From Mobula hypostoma (Eukaryota), in NCBI RefSeq assembly GCF_963921235.1, contig NC_086097.1:137952001-138016000 (forward strand): a stretch of DNA of 64,000 bases, written 5' to 3'. Positions 53,861 through 64,000 of this stretch are shown here, piece after piece (within the stretch, counting starts at the first letter, position 1; every line of letters starts with the position of its first letter). The notes under the pieces were generated by a model that made no database searches, had not been told where the DNA came from, and saw only the letters and a list, made by a program, of their open reading frames with translations. A program made the translations under genes and the position numbers.

Positions 53861-55099
53861 AAAAAAATAAATTGCTGTATTTTTTTTGGTCAACTCCAGT
53901 AGAGGCATGAAGCTGGGAGAGATTATGTCTGGGTGTATCAGAGAGTGAAGGGCTGAAAGACAGCCTGCTGCTTCTAATCCTTTCTTGTTCTGATTTTTAA
54001 GACTACACATCCAGGACATCCTTACAGAGCTACTGATTGGGGGAAGCACAATCTGACCTAATTTGGAGGCAGCACAGACCGGGTGCAGACACAACCTGTT
54101 GAAGTCACACAAACTAAAATTGTTTCAGAGAATGGATGTGATTACTTTAATAATTCAATGTTAAAGCAACATCAATGTGGCAGCAGGTTCTTAAAATGTT
54201 GTTACAGAAATGGAATAAAACCTTTAAGAATAATTCGAGCCTTTTATAGGTGACTGAGGCTTTCAGAACAGCAACAGCCATGTGATGGGAAGTGTGAAGT
54301 TACACTATACAAAGAGTTGTGCCTTGTCTTAGTGCTGCGAGTCTTAGGGATCACCAAGAGAACTACCAGATGTCCTGCTTCTAATTCTTGTCTGTCACAT
54401 GTCTGCCCTCTGGCTTGATCAATAGAACGTGACTCAATCTAGAGCCAAACCTAATTATTTTCTACAACTGAAAGCAATAAAACTCATCAGTTCTCCTTAT
54501 ACTTGGGCATAATCTGTCTCTTCCAGCTCCATACCGCCCCTGACGGAGTTGGCCAAAAAAAGCAATCAGTAATTTATCTTCATTAAACTGGAATTGAGGA
54601 TTTTGGGGCTAGGATGAATTTATTAACAGAAAAATCTACAGTACTTGCTCCCTTTTGACTTGCTTGTCAGCTGTAAACTTCTCAGTGAAATGTTTAAGGA
54701 GACATAGAGCTCAAGCATTTGTATTTCATTGCACATGTTACAACTGTGGTCTTGGCAAAGCTTCCCAAACTTGTTAGCAGTTATTTGAATCAGATCGCTT
54801 AATGACTATATTATACAGCTGCTATCGCAATAGATGTTGTGGTGTCATCTCCACATGGGAAAACTATTTAAAACAATGACATAGCTTGTGTACATTTCCT
54901 CTACAAGCTCGTAGCCAATCCAGCGCCACGATGGAAAACCAGTGGCAAGAGTCAGAAGTTGTCTTGTCATGCCAGAATACTTTCCCAAGGTGTCAAACAG
55001 TTGATGAAACTGCTACCCTATCTCGTGCATAACATCGTGTGCTCACAAAGCAAGCTCTCACTCTGTCGTTCTACAGCTTGCATGTATATAGTGGTCTTC

Positions 55100-55360
55100 A
55101 TGGGACACTTAGTGGGATGGCCATGAAGTGGACCAAAGAGGCTTGTTTAAAGAAGAGCCTTAAAGCAAGTGAGAGTTAGAGAGGTTTAGGCCACAGGCTG
55201 CTGTACACACAGTTGTCTAAACCACTAGAATTAAACTCAGGAAGTGTGTCAGAGGCCAGAATTGGAAGATTGTGGAGTCTTTGGCAGCAGGAGGCTAGAG
55301 ATAGAGAGGGTGAAGTTATAAGGGGATTGGAAATCAAGAGTGTCAATTAGAGGAACATGA
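55100..55360 (-). mobile_element. Old L2-like LINE 3' fragment
   Basis: GAGAGGTTTAGG...AGAGGCCAGAATTGGAAGA...GAGATAGAGAGGG...GGGGATTGGAAATCAAG resembles recalled shark L2 antisense sequence. Confidence 0.5.
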
Positions 55361-56789
55361 AGTGAAAGATATAAAGTCCAGTAACTATCAGCAGGAAGAC
55401 TGGGATACCATGACTTACAATCTATATTCTCCTCCTCATCAAAAGCAGACAGCCAATGTCACCGAGTTTTGTTCCTTGTGTTAACATGATCTGAGCTTTA
55501 AAAGCTGTGAGATTGCCACTGCTTACTGACATCTAAGGTCACGAGAGTGGTGCCTGGATTTGATCTTCTCCAATGAAGCCATCTGTGCAAACATGGTTCA
55601 CTAGCCGCCTCTGATAGGAACTTATCTGGCTGAAGCCCAAGATTTCTGTCTAATATGAAGGGGAGTGGGTAAGATACCACTAAATCCAATCATACACAAC
55701 CAATATAGGGCAAAGTATATAAAGATGAGATTGACAGAAACTTGAATCCCTGGGTACTGGATCACAGTGACTGGGTTTAGTGACCTATGACACTGGGTCA
55801 ATCATACAACTTCAATATAAACTCTTTAAGCTGCCATTGTGTGGTTCAGAGCTGGTCTTGTGATCTGCACACAAATGCCGGGTTTATGATCACAGATAAC
55901 ATGATGCTGTGTCAACAGCATTACAGACCCCGGCAGGAAAGGATTGAGGAAGGACGCAGAGAGTTGTCTGAGGACGTGAAGAGTGGCTCATCAGCCAAAA
56001 GACCCGAGGTCAAAAGTGTGGCCAGCAGGTGCCTTTACCAAACACCACTGATCTCAGCATGGCCGATCTCACCGACAGATACAGAAAATGAAAATGTATC
56101 TCTGGTCACATGCACTGAATATTGTCTTCTGCTGCTGTGTTTCGTTGCTGTCACCTTCAATAGAAGCGATGTTCAGATGTAGGGTACAAGGTACAGGTAT
56201 GTCCTTTCACCATCAGGTCAGAATTTAACTCTTGGCCCCAAGACCCCACCATCTACAGAAAACAAGTTCTCAGTGATTAGACCTATCTATTTTGAGGACC
56301 AGTTCATTAATTCAATTGCACATTCGATAGATTTTGTGATGTAGTAAAGGACTGAGGAATGTCACATGGCTTTGCTGGGAGATACAGAGTATCCTCCCAT
56401 CTTTGGGATCCTCTAATCGGATGCCTCGGTCTGCTAATGAGTCATCAATGAGGTGCTACGATTAGTTGACCACGCTGCTGTCATTGGATCCCCCACTGAC
56501 TCCAGAGTTTCACAACTTGCCAAGATTCAGCAGAGGCGCGGGCACACACTACCTGTAGTTCTGCTTTTCACTTGCCACTTGAATTTTCTCGTAGAGGGAA
56601 TAAGCCTGATTTCCTTCCCAGTCTCGCATGTCAATCCTCAGGGAGTATTGCCGCTGGTTTGTCTGAAGGAAGAGCATCTCATTGCCAAGCCAGTGTTCGC
56701 TGGATGGATTCCCAAAGCCCTAGAGGAGAGCGGATAACAAGTCAGTGGTGTACACCTGCTGGGACAGGGGCGTAATATAAACATCAGAA

Positions 56790-57145
56790 AGACTGCCCGT
56801 GCTGGAAGTCCAAAGCAACACACGCAAAATGCTGGAGGAACTCGGCAGGCTGGGCAGCATCTATGGAAATGAATAAGCAGTTAATGTTTTGGACCGAGAC
56901 CCTTCTTCAGGACTGAAAAGGAAGGGGGAGACAGCAGAATAAGAAGGCAGGGGGAGGGGAAGGAAGACAAGCTAAAAGGTGATAGGTGAAGCAAGGCGGG
57001 TGGGAAAGGTCAAGTGCTGGAGAGGCCAGTGGAGCACAGGAGAAAGGGAGAGAGGAGGGGATCAAGGGGGAAGCGATAGGCAGGTGAGGTAAAAGGCCAG
57101 AGTGGTGAATAGAGGAAGAGAGGAGGCGGAGGGAAAAAAAACCTG
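56790..57145 (-). mobile_element. Penelope-like element terminal repeat fragment
   Basis: AAAATGCTGGAGGAACTCGGCAGGCTGGGCAGCATCTATGG...GAGACCCTTCTTCAGGACTG followed by a purine-rich tract. This matches a recalled abundant elasmobranch repeat and carries a hammerhead-like core. Confidence 0.65.
56876..56915 (-). ncRNA. Degenerate minimal hammerhead ribozyme motif (probably inactive)
   Basis: Minus strand CAGTC-CTGAAGA-AGGGTCTCGGTCC-AAAAC-ATTAACTG. The CUGANGA box and stem II are present, but GAAA is mutated to AAAA. Confidence 0.5.
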
Positions 57146-57239
57146 AAGGAGAACTCGACAGTGCACCACAACTTGCACAAGTATGTGAACTTTGCAAATG
57201 CGTTAACCGTTAATGCTGAGGTGTTGAGGGATCTCCTTC

Positions 57240-57520
57240 CCTGCAGGCTCAAGGACAGCTTCTATCTCATTCACCCCGATCTCTCATATACTAAAAGGTT
57301 TACTCTTGCTCTCGCATTCTGCCTTGCTGTGGACCCATGTACTTTATTTATCTGCCTGCTCAGTATGCTTCCGTAATTGTTACACTAAATTCCGCATTAT
57401 GTTTTTTTTCTTTTCCGTAACGCCTCGAAGTGCTTATGTATGGAATGATCTGTCTTAGATGTCACACAAACAAAAGCTTTACACTGAACCTTGGTATGTG
57501 CAACAATAATAAATCAAGCA
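57240..57520 (+). mobile_element. Non-LTR (Rex1-like) 3' end fragment
   Basis: CTCAAGGACAGCTTCTAT ... AAAAGCTTTACACTGAACCTTGGTATGTGCAACAATAATAAA. It is similar to the inverted copy at 63098-63310. Confidence 0.55.
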
Positions 57521-58199
57521 CTAATTAGAAGCAGGGACTGTGCGATCTCCAGCTTTGTTTTCCAGCTATCACTTCTCAAAGCTGATGAAGACTGAGTCCT
57601 GATGAGGGATCACCCTCCGGTATAAAATTCTGAATTTTCTGGTTCAGCTCAACCGTTGTTCACTATTAAAATCTGGAAGGATGAAGCAATTCCGCACAGG
57701 AGGAGGTTGTGTCAGCTCTTTGGAAGAAATCTTCGACTGGTCTGATCCTCTCTGCTGTCCCCATGACCCTGAAACACTTGCAGCCTTCTCTTTGCAAGTC
57801 CCTGTGAAACTGTTCCCTCACCACCTCATTCAGTATCTCTCAAACCACTGGGTGTAGACGTTCTCCCCTTCTCCCCTGTTCTCTTACCAGCCTCCCTCAC
57901 ACCACCTCAGGCTCCTCTTTGTCCCTCTCTGAACCGGTTTCAACACCTCTTCACCAAGGAGAGAAATCCCGGCTGGTTACGGAGGTGGCATCTCGCAGTC
58001 ATGTTACAACAGTTTGGTAAAACACGTACCAGCACTTCGCAGAGCCTCTCAACCAGAGCTGGACCCCAAAGCCTGCTGTGTCTGCAGGTCGGTAAACATC
58101 CAGTCAGAGGGGGATGCTTAATAGGGAGCTGGGAGATGACTCAATTCATCACACATCTTCTACAAACTCGACTACCCTCTAAAACACCTTACAGTTTTG

Positions 58200-58362
58200 C
58201 TACCTCTTATATAGTTTGCACTGTAGTGCCACGGCAGCTGATCTACACACAACAAGATCCTACAGGCAGCGTTCTGTACCTCAGGATGTTACCTGGACAG
58301 CAAACATTGGCCAGGATTCCAGGGAGAACCTTTTGGCTGCTCGTTTACGTCGTGTCGTTTTA
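58200..58362 (+). mobile_element. Deu-domain SINE, left half (split by CR1)
   Basis: ACGGCAGCTGATCTACACACAACAAGATCCTACA...ATTGGCCAGGATTCCAGGGAGAAC. It is similar to 49790-49830 and to the recalled Deu consensus. Confidence 0.55.
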
Positions 58363-59080
58363 AGACTTGGGAGTCCTCGTGCAAGATTCTCTAAAAGTTA
58401 ACTTGCAAGTTGAGTCTGTGGTGAGGCAGGCAAATTCAATGTTAGCATTCATTTCGAGAGGACTAGAATATAAGAGCAAGGATGCAATTCCAAGGCTTTA
58501 TAAGCTATTGGCCAGACTGTGTTTAGAGTATTGTGAGCAACTTTGGGCCCCTTATCTAAGAAAAGATGTACTGGCATTGAAGAGGGACCAGAAAAGGTTG
58601 ACAAGGATTATTCCAGGAATGAAAGGGTTAACATATTGGGAGTATTTGATGGCTCTGGGCCTGTACTCACTGGAGTCTGGAAGAAAGATGGGGGATTTCA
58701 TTGAAACCTATCAAATATTGAAGGGCCTAGATGGAATGGATGTGGAGAGAATGTTTCCTATAGTGGGAGAGTTTAGAACCAGAGTACACAGCCTCAGAAT
58801 AGAGGGACTTCCATCTAGAACAGAGATGAAGAGGAATTTCTTCAGCCAAAGGGTGGTGAATTTATGGAACTCATTGCCACAGACAGCTGTGGAGGTCAAA
58901 CCATTGGATATATTTAAAGCGGAGGTTAATAGGTTCTTGATTAGTTGGGGCAACAAAGGTTACAGGGAGAAGGCAGGAGAAGGGAGTTGAGAGGGATAGT
59001 AAATCGGCCATGATGGAATGGCAGAGAGACTCGATGGGCTGAGTGGCTTAATTCTGCTTCTATGTATTATGGTCTTATGG
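58363..59080 (+). mobile_element. 5'-truncated CR1 LINE (ORF2 C-terminus and 3' UTR)
   Basis: ORF 58367..58990 (LEYCEQLWAPYLRKDV, FFSQRVVNLWNSLP). The tail is TATTATGGTCTTATGGTC. Confidence 0.95.
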
Positions 59081-59084
59081 TCAT

Positions 59085-59225
59085 TGGAGTAGAGGGTCAG
59101 TTTAATGTCCAGTAAATGAGCAGCACCTCTGACAGAGAGCACACTGGCAGTCAGCATGGCTGATTTTCTTGATAACTGGAGAGGGACTTCATCTGATAAT
59201 ATTCTGAAGTGAGAGTACAGACCTC
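59085..59225 (+). mobile_element. Deu-domain SINE, right half
   Basis: GTTTAATGTC...CAGCACCTCTGACAG...CTGGAGAGGGACTT continues the SINE order after the CR1 tail. Confidence 0.5.
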
Positions 59226-59499
59226 GGGGCAAAGGGATGGTGGTAGGTAGAGGGAAATCTCAGCCGGAGGAGAGGAAGTGTGATAACATGAACAATGCGA
59301 ACCAAACCAATACACTAAGAGCATTAACCTCGACGGAAGAGGGTGGACCATGGGGGAATGAGAGAATTGTAAGGCAAACATCAGGCAGTTGGAAGAACCA
59401 GCTCAGAACAAGGACATTGTTGTCTGCTAACCAGACTAACTATTAAATAGCCCTCTGCTTAATTGTACTTCAGGGTATTTATTTCTTTTCTTCTTGCAG

Positions 59500-59574
59500 T
59501 GTTCAAGTAGACCTGAGTGGGTTTGCTGTAAATTATTTCTCCGACGGTTTCTGGTTTCTGACAAGCCGTACACA
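59500..59574 (+). other. Candidate 75-nt exon of an unidentified plus-strand transcript
   Basis: Strong acceptor atttcttttcttcttgcAG|, a branch-like CTTAAT upstream, and donor ACA|GTGAGT. It is open in two frames (VQVDLSGFAVNYFSDGFWFLTSRT or CSSRPEWVCCKLFLRRFLVSDKPYT). Confidence 0.35.
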
Positions 59575-59727
59575 GTGAGTGCTGGGAAGGAAGCTCAGCA
59601 CAGCCAAAGTACTGGGGGGGTGGAGTGATGGGATAGCTAACTCCATACCACCTTCCGTCCTACCACAGCCCAGAGGTGCCACGTACCTAATCAGACCACA
59701 GCCAAGGCACTTGAGCAACGTACACAG

Positions 59728-60035
59728 AGCGGTGCATCACGTAGTGCTGCTGCCACACAGCTCCAGTGACCCAGGTCCAGTCCCAATCTCTCGTGCCGTC
59801 TCCGTCGAGTCCATTCGTTCTCCCAGTGGCTGTGTGGGGTTTCTCCCACATTCCACACACATTCCGGCTGGATCATCTGGGCTGGACAGGGGTGGCAGTA
59901 CGTCGCCCTTGGGCTTAGACAAGTGGGCACCAAACAATGGGTGTGTGGGAGGAATTAACATTGCAGAGAGGCAGGCAAGTGAGGGGAAATGGATTGATAT
60001 GAGATGGCATGGGTTCAATGGACCGAATGGCCTCT
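59728..60035 (+). mobile_element. Degenerate tRNA-derived V-SINE (HE1-like)
   Basis: GCTGCCACACAGCTCCAGTGACCCAGGTCCAGTCCC (tRNA-like head, decayed B box), a V-domain-like GTTCTCCCAGTGGCTGTGTGGGGTTTCTCCCACATTCCA, and a CR1-like tail ATGGACCGAATGGCCTC. Confidence 0.7.
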
Positions 60036-60562
60036 GAGTTGTTGTTGGATCATGGACACTGCCACATCACCCTTGGTGCAGCCAAACGGACACCCTTGGG
60101 GAGGCAGTTGAGTAACTCTTCAAATGTTCAAGTGATGTCATTGGCATCCCATGACGTGATGGTATCACCAGGGCCCACCTGAAGCCCTTGCAATGAGAAG
60201 CTGTTGCCATCTGCCTGATAATCCTTTTACCCGTATTTGAGACCATCCAGGGCTATGGGATGCCTGGGAGGGGAGAAGTGTTATCTTTCTCATTGTCCCC
60301 TCACAGACAATATCCTCATCCCCTACCCCTCACTCACCATTCTCATCCCAACCCTGGGGTCCCTCCCTTCCTGAAGATCGGAGCCCAGACCCTCATGGCA
60401 ATGACGGGGAGAGAGCACTGCTTCACTTGGAGCGTGATGGAAACCACTGACTCCCTGGATCCAGGAGTCCATGTAGCATTTCACTTGGAGCTGGCAAACT
60501 CTGCCATTATTAAGGGTGTAGCGACCACAATCAGTCGAGTGAAGATGTAGATCAAACATCCT

Positions 60563-61584
60563 ATGACTAGTGGTGTGCCACAGGGATCAGTGCTGGGTCC
60601 ATTGTTATTTGTCATCTATATCGATGATCTGGATGATAATGCGGTAAATTGGATCAGCAAAATTGCTGATGATACAAAGATTGGAGGTGTAGTGGACAGT
60701 GAGGAAGGTTTTCAAAGCTTGGACCAGCTGGAAAAATGGGCTGAAAAATAGCAGATGGAGTTTAATACGGACAAGTGTGAGGTATTGCACTCCGGAAGGA
60801 CAAACCAAGGTAGAACATACAAGGTAAATGGTAGGGCACTGAGGAGTGCAGTAGAACAGAGGGATCTGGGAATACAGATACAAAATTCCCTAAAAGTGGC
60901 GTCACAAGTAGATAGGGTCGTAAAGAGAGCTTTTGGTACATTGGCCTTTATAAATCAAAGTATTGAGTATAAGAGTTGGAATGTTATGGTGAGGTTGTAT
61001 AAGGCATTGGTGAGGCTGAATCTGGAGTATTGTGTTCAGTTTTGGTCACCAAATTACAGGAAGGATATTAATAAGGTTGAAAGAGTGCAAAGAAGGTTTA
61101 CAAGGATGTTGCCGGGACTTGAGAAACTCAGTTACAGAGAAAGGTTGAATAGGTTAGGACTTTATTCCCTGGAGCGTAGAAGAATGAGGGGAGATTTGAT
61201 AGAGGTATATAAAATTATGATGGGTATATTCAGAGTGAATGCAAGCAGGCTTTTTCCACTGAGGCTAGGGGAGAAAAAAAACCAGAGGACATGGGTTGAG
61301 GGTGAGGGGGGAAAAGTTTAAAGGGAACATTGGGGGGGGCGCTTCTTCACACAGAGAGTGGTGGGAGTGTGGAATGAGCTGTCAGATGAAGTGGTAAATG
61401 CAGGCTCACTTTTAACATTTAAGAAAAACTTGGACAGGTACATGGATGAGAGGTGTATGGGGGGATATGGTCCAGGTGCAAGTCAGTGGGACTGGGCAGT
61501 AAAATGGTTGGCACAGCCAAGAAGGGCCAAAAGGCCTGTTTCTGTGCTGTAATGTTCTATGGTTCCATGGTTCTATGGTTCTAT
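60563..61584 (+). mobile_element. 5'-truncated CR1 LINE with premature stop and (ATGGTTCT)n tail
   Basis: [29 protein letters not shown], an in-frame TAG at 60749-60751, then MEFNTDKCEVLH...LEYCVQFWSP. An 8-bp tail repeat lies at about 61553-61584. Confidence 0.96.
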
Positions 61585-61599
61585 TATCTACCAAAGCCT

Positions 61600-61947
61600 A
61601 CCACACACTGAAAGGTCTGGATAGAGTGGACGTGGAGAGGATGTTCCTATTACTAGGAGAGTCTAAGAGATGAGGGCACTCTCTCATAATGGAGGGATAT
61701 CCCTTTAGAACTGAGATGAGAAGGGGGCAGTGAATCTGTGGATTTCATTGCCACAGAGGGTGGCGGAGGACAAGTCATTGGGTACATTTAAGGTAGAGGT
61801 TGATAGGTTCTTGACTGGTAAGGGGGTTAAGGGTTATAGGGAGAAAGCAAGAGAATGGGGTTGAAAAGAATCAACCATGATTGAATGGCACAGCACACTC
61901 AATCGCTTGAGTAGCCTAATTCTGCTTCGTTTCTTATGGCCATATGA
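61600..61947 (+). mobile_element. Short CR1 3' fragment
   Basis: CTGAAAGGTCTGGATAGAGTGGACGTGGAGAGGATGTT... is homologous to 58715-59080 and ends TTCTTATGG. Confidence 0.88.
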
Positions 61948-62059
61948 TAATCTGATTGAATGGTGAATGGCTCCTACAGTCCCTGTCTCTTTTCTTGTTC
62001 CAGGAACAACCCTGAGGACAGTATACCAGCATGGGAAGAATGAAAGAAGCAGGTTCTAC

Positions 62060-62190
62060 TATTATTTACATATTATTATTTAATTATTTATGGTTTCATA
62101 TTGCTATATTTATACTCTATTCTTGGTTGGTGCAACTGTAACTAAACTCAATTTCCCTTGGGATCAATAAAGTATGTCTGCCTGTCTAAA
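62060..62190 (+). mobile_element. AT-rich non-LTR 3' tail fragment
   Basis: Ends AATTTCCCTTGGGATCAATAAAGTATGTCTGCCTGTCT, which resembles Rex1-class 3' ends. Confidence 0.45.
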
Positions 62191-62877
62191 AGAATCCTGA
62201 AATGTTCTAACATAGGCTACGGCCCTTTGGCCCATCATGTCAGCCCTGACCTTCTGCAAGAATATCCAATGAATCCTATTCACTTATTCTCTTTTACAAA
62301 TTAGCGTTGCCCCAGAGATCTATTTGCAATATCCTTAAAAAACAGTGAGGTAATGAGAGGCTGATTTTCTGTACAAAGAGCCCAGACTGTTTAAGCTCAG
62401 GGTCAACTCCCCAACCAGAGAAATGAAAAATCTCTTAAACTAAAGCAACAAATACTGTATATCATTTTCCAAAGTTACATATCAGTTCCCATTGTGCCCA
62501 CAATGAATAAACCTGCTAAGATTTTACATGGCTAACACTGACCCAATGAGTGCAAGCAATTTATGGACACATTAAGACAAGTCTCCAAGGCACAGCCATT
62601 AAACAGGCTAGGATATCGAGTGACGCAGACTGGCGCTATTGTTGCTCAGCCTCCATCCAGGAAGTTTTTGGGTCTGATCTTCTGCCCAGTCTTCCTCCGT
62701 CCACTCCCGAGTTTCCTCCCTAATTCCAGACAGGCAGAGACGTTTACATAGCAAGTGAGACACCTCCACTCAAGGGAAAATTTATGCAGGAAGAAGATTG
62801 TTGGTCAAAGCACCGGCACTTTGGGTGAGAATCAGTGGTGATTTTGTATCTTTGCACTCTCTCCTTGGAAATTAAGA

Positions 62878-63075
62878 TGGTAAGAAACAACAGGAGTAGG
62901 CCAGTTGGCCCATCAAGCCAGCTCTGCCATTCACGGCTGATCCTGCTACTTGTCTACTTGATTCCCATATACCTCATTCACTTCCGGGACAACAATCTGT
63001 CTTTCCCAGCTTTGAACATACACAATGCCTGAGGAGGCAGAGTCTACTAGAGCTGGGAGTTCCAACAATTCATAT
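62878..63075 (-). mobile_element. Old CR1 3' fragment
   Basis: CAGGAGTAGGCCAGTTGGCCCATCAAGCCAGCTCTGCCATTCA resembles the CR1 end at 50765-50815. Confidence 0.6.
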
Positions 63076-63097
63076 CTTCCCCAAAGTAAACTGGTGA

Positions 63098-63310
63098 ATA
63101 ATTTTATTATTGTCACATATACCAAGGTACCGTGAAAAACTTTGCTTTGGAAGCCATCCATACAGATCACTTCACTTCAGTACATCAGGGTGGCATTAGG
63201 GAAAGCAATTAAAGAGAATAAGATGTAAGGTCATTTGAGGTCACGAGTCCATCTTAGAGTACTGTTCAATATCTTAGTGCACAACGGGAGACCCATTTTC
63301 CTCAAGCTGT
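63098..63310 (-). mobile_element. Non-LTR (Rex1-like) 3' end fragment
   Basis: TTTATTATTGTCACATATACCAAGGTACCGTGAAAAACTTTG is the reverse complement counterpart of 57470-57515. Confidence 0.55.
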
Positions 63311-64000
63311 GGCCCTCCTCAGACTCTCCGAAGGGAATTGCCCTCTTGCCTTCCACCCTGTCCGTCACCCCTCGTATGTGTCCGAGTGTGGATTCACAGG
63401 CTGGCAATTCAAAGGTTGCGAATCTAATCCAGTGGTGGTGGGGAGAAGGTGTTGATCCCACACACACTAGAGTTGGAGTGAGTCACACACACCCTCTAAT
63501 AGCAGGGCTCTACCCCAAATTCCCAGTTGCCACTCCAGTCTCCGGTTGTAAGGGAGTGGATTCTAACCCTGCACCTGCTGCCTCAGCACGGAGTCAAGGG
63601 AGAATCCAAAAACCAGGGCAGAACAAGGGCTGAGTTCGATGTCCGATGTCAGGGTCCTGACACCATCTACTCATCAACAGACCTTCAAGAGCAGAAGGGA
63701 ACCAAGTTGTATTGTGATTCTCTTCACAATCTAAGAGAAAATAACCCATTTTGTATCCGGAGTTAAATATTCCGAATACTTCATAGAATTACAACAAAGC
63801 TCAAGACTCTGACGGAATACTCTGTAATATAATTAAAATCTCATTTCCCCAATGAAAGTGCATACAAGTGCAACTGGATATTAAGTGTCTGGAAATTTGG
63901 AGAGGTTCCGATTGGACTGAGATCCTATTGAAACATTCTACAAGGAGCATGTTGGACACATTTTATTGAGACCTTTTGCTGGTCTTTTAACCCATTCTTC

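Noticed and set aside
55787..56775. Short ORFs and scattered splice-like sites (acceptor about 56593, donor about 56197)
   Set aside because: No coherent exon chain or recognisable peptide can be supported.
50759..61584. Active RT or a novel RT-based system
   Set aside because: All RT fragments are ordinary truncated CR1/Rex1 copies with stops and frameshifts.

Overview
This is eukaryotic, non-microbial DNA. The repeat families (CR1, Rex1/Babar, L2, Deu-domain and V-domain SINEs, a Penelope terminal repeat) suggest a cartilaginous fish, probably a ray or shark; that assignment is an inference. Positions 1-34888 are a 33-bp satellite (about 1050 monomers, consensus CACAGTGTGACACTCCCTCAGTACTGTCCATCC) with nested higher-order repeats. 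A 200-N scaffold gap follows. Positions 35089-~46955 are a purine-rich 32-bp satellite (about 370 monomers, TGAGGGAGGGTCACGGTGATGGAACGAGAGAA). It resembles the reverse complement of the first satellite. The remaining 17 kb are decayed, partly nested retroelements, micro- and minisatellites, and a few unidentified candidate exons. All long ORFs in 1-35 kb are artefacts of the 33-bp period. I recognise no intact gene and no convincing new enzymatic system. The most interesting signals are: (1) two related satellites, possibly both derived from a Deu-SINE segment; (2) arrays of RSS-heptamer (CACAGTG) motifs; (3) a readable HOR history; (4) a degenerate hammerhead ribozyme; (5) a candidate exon and regulatory cluster at the satellite edge. 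Repeat-family names come from recalled consensus sequences and need confirmation with Dfam/Repbase.
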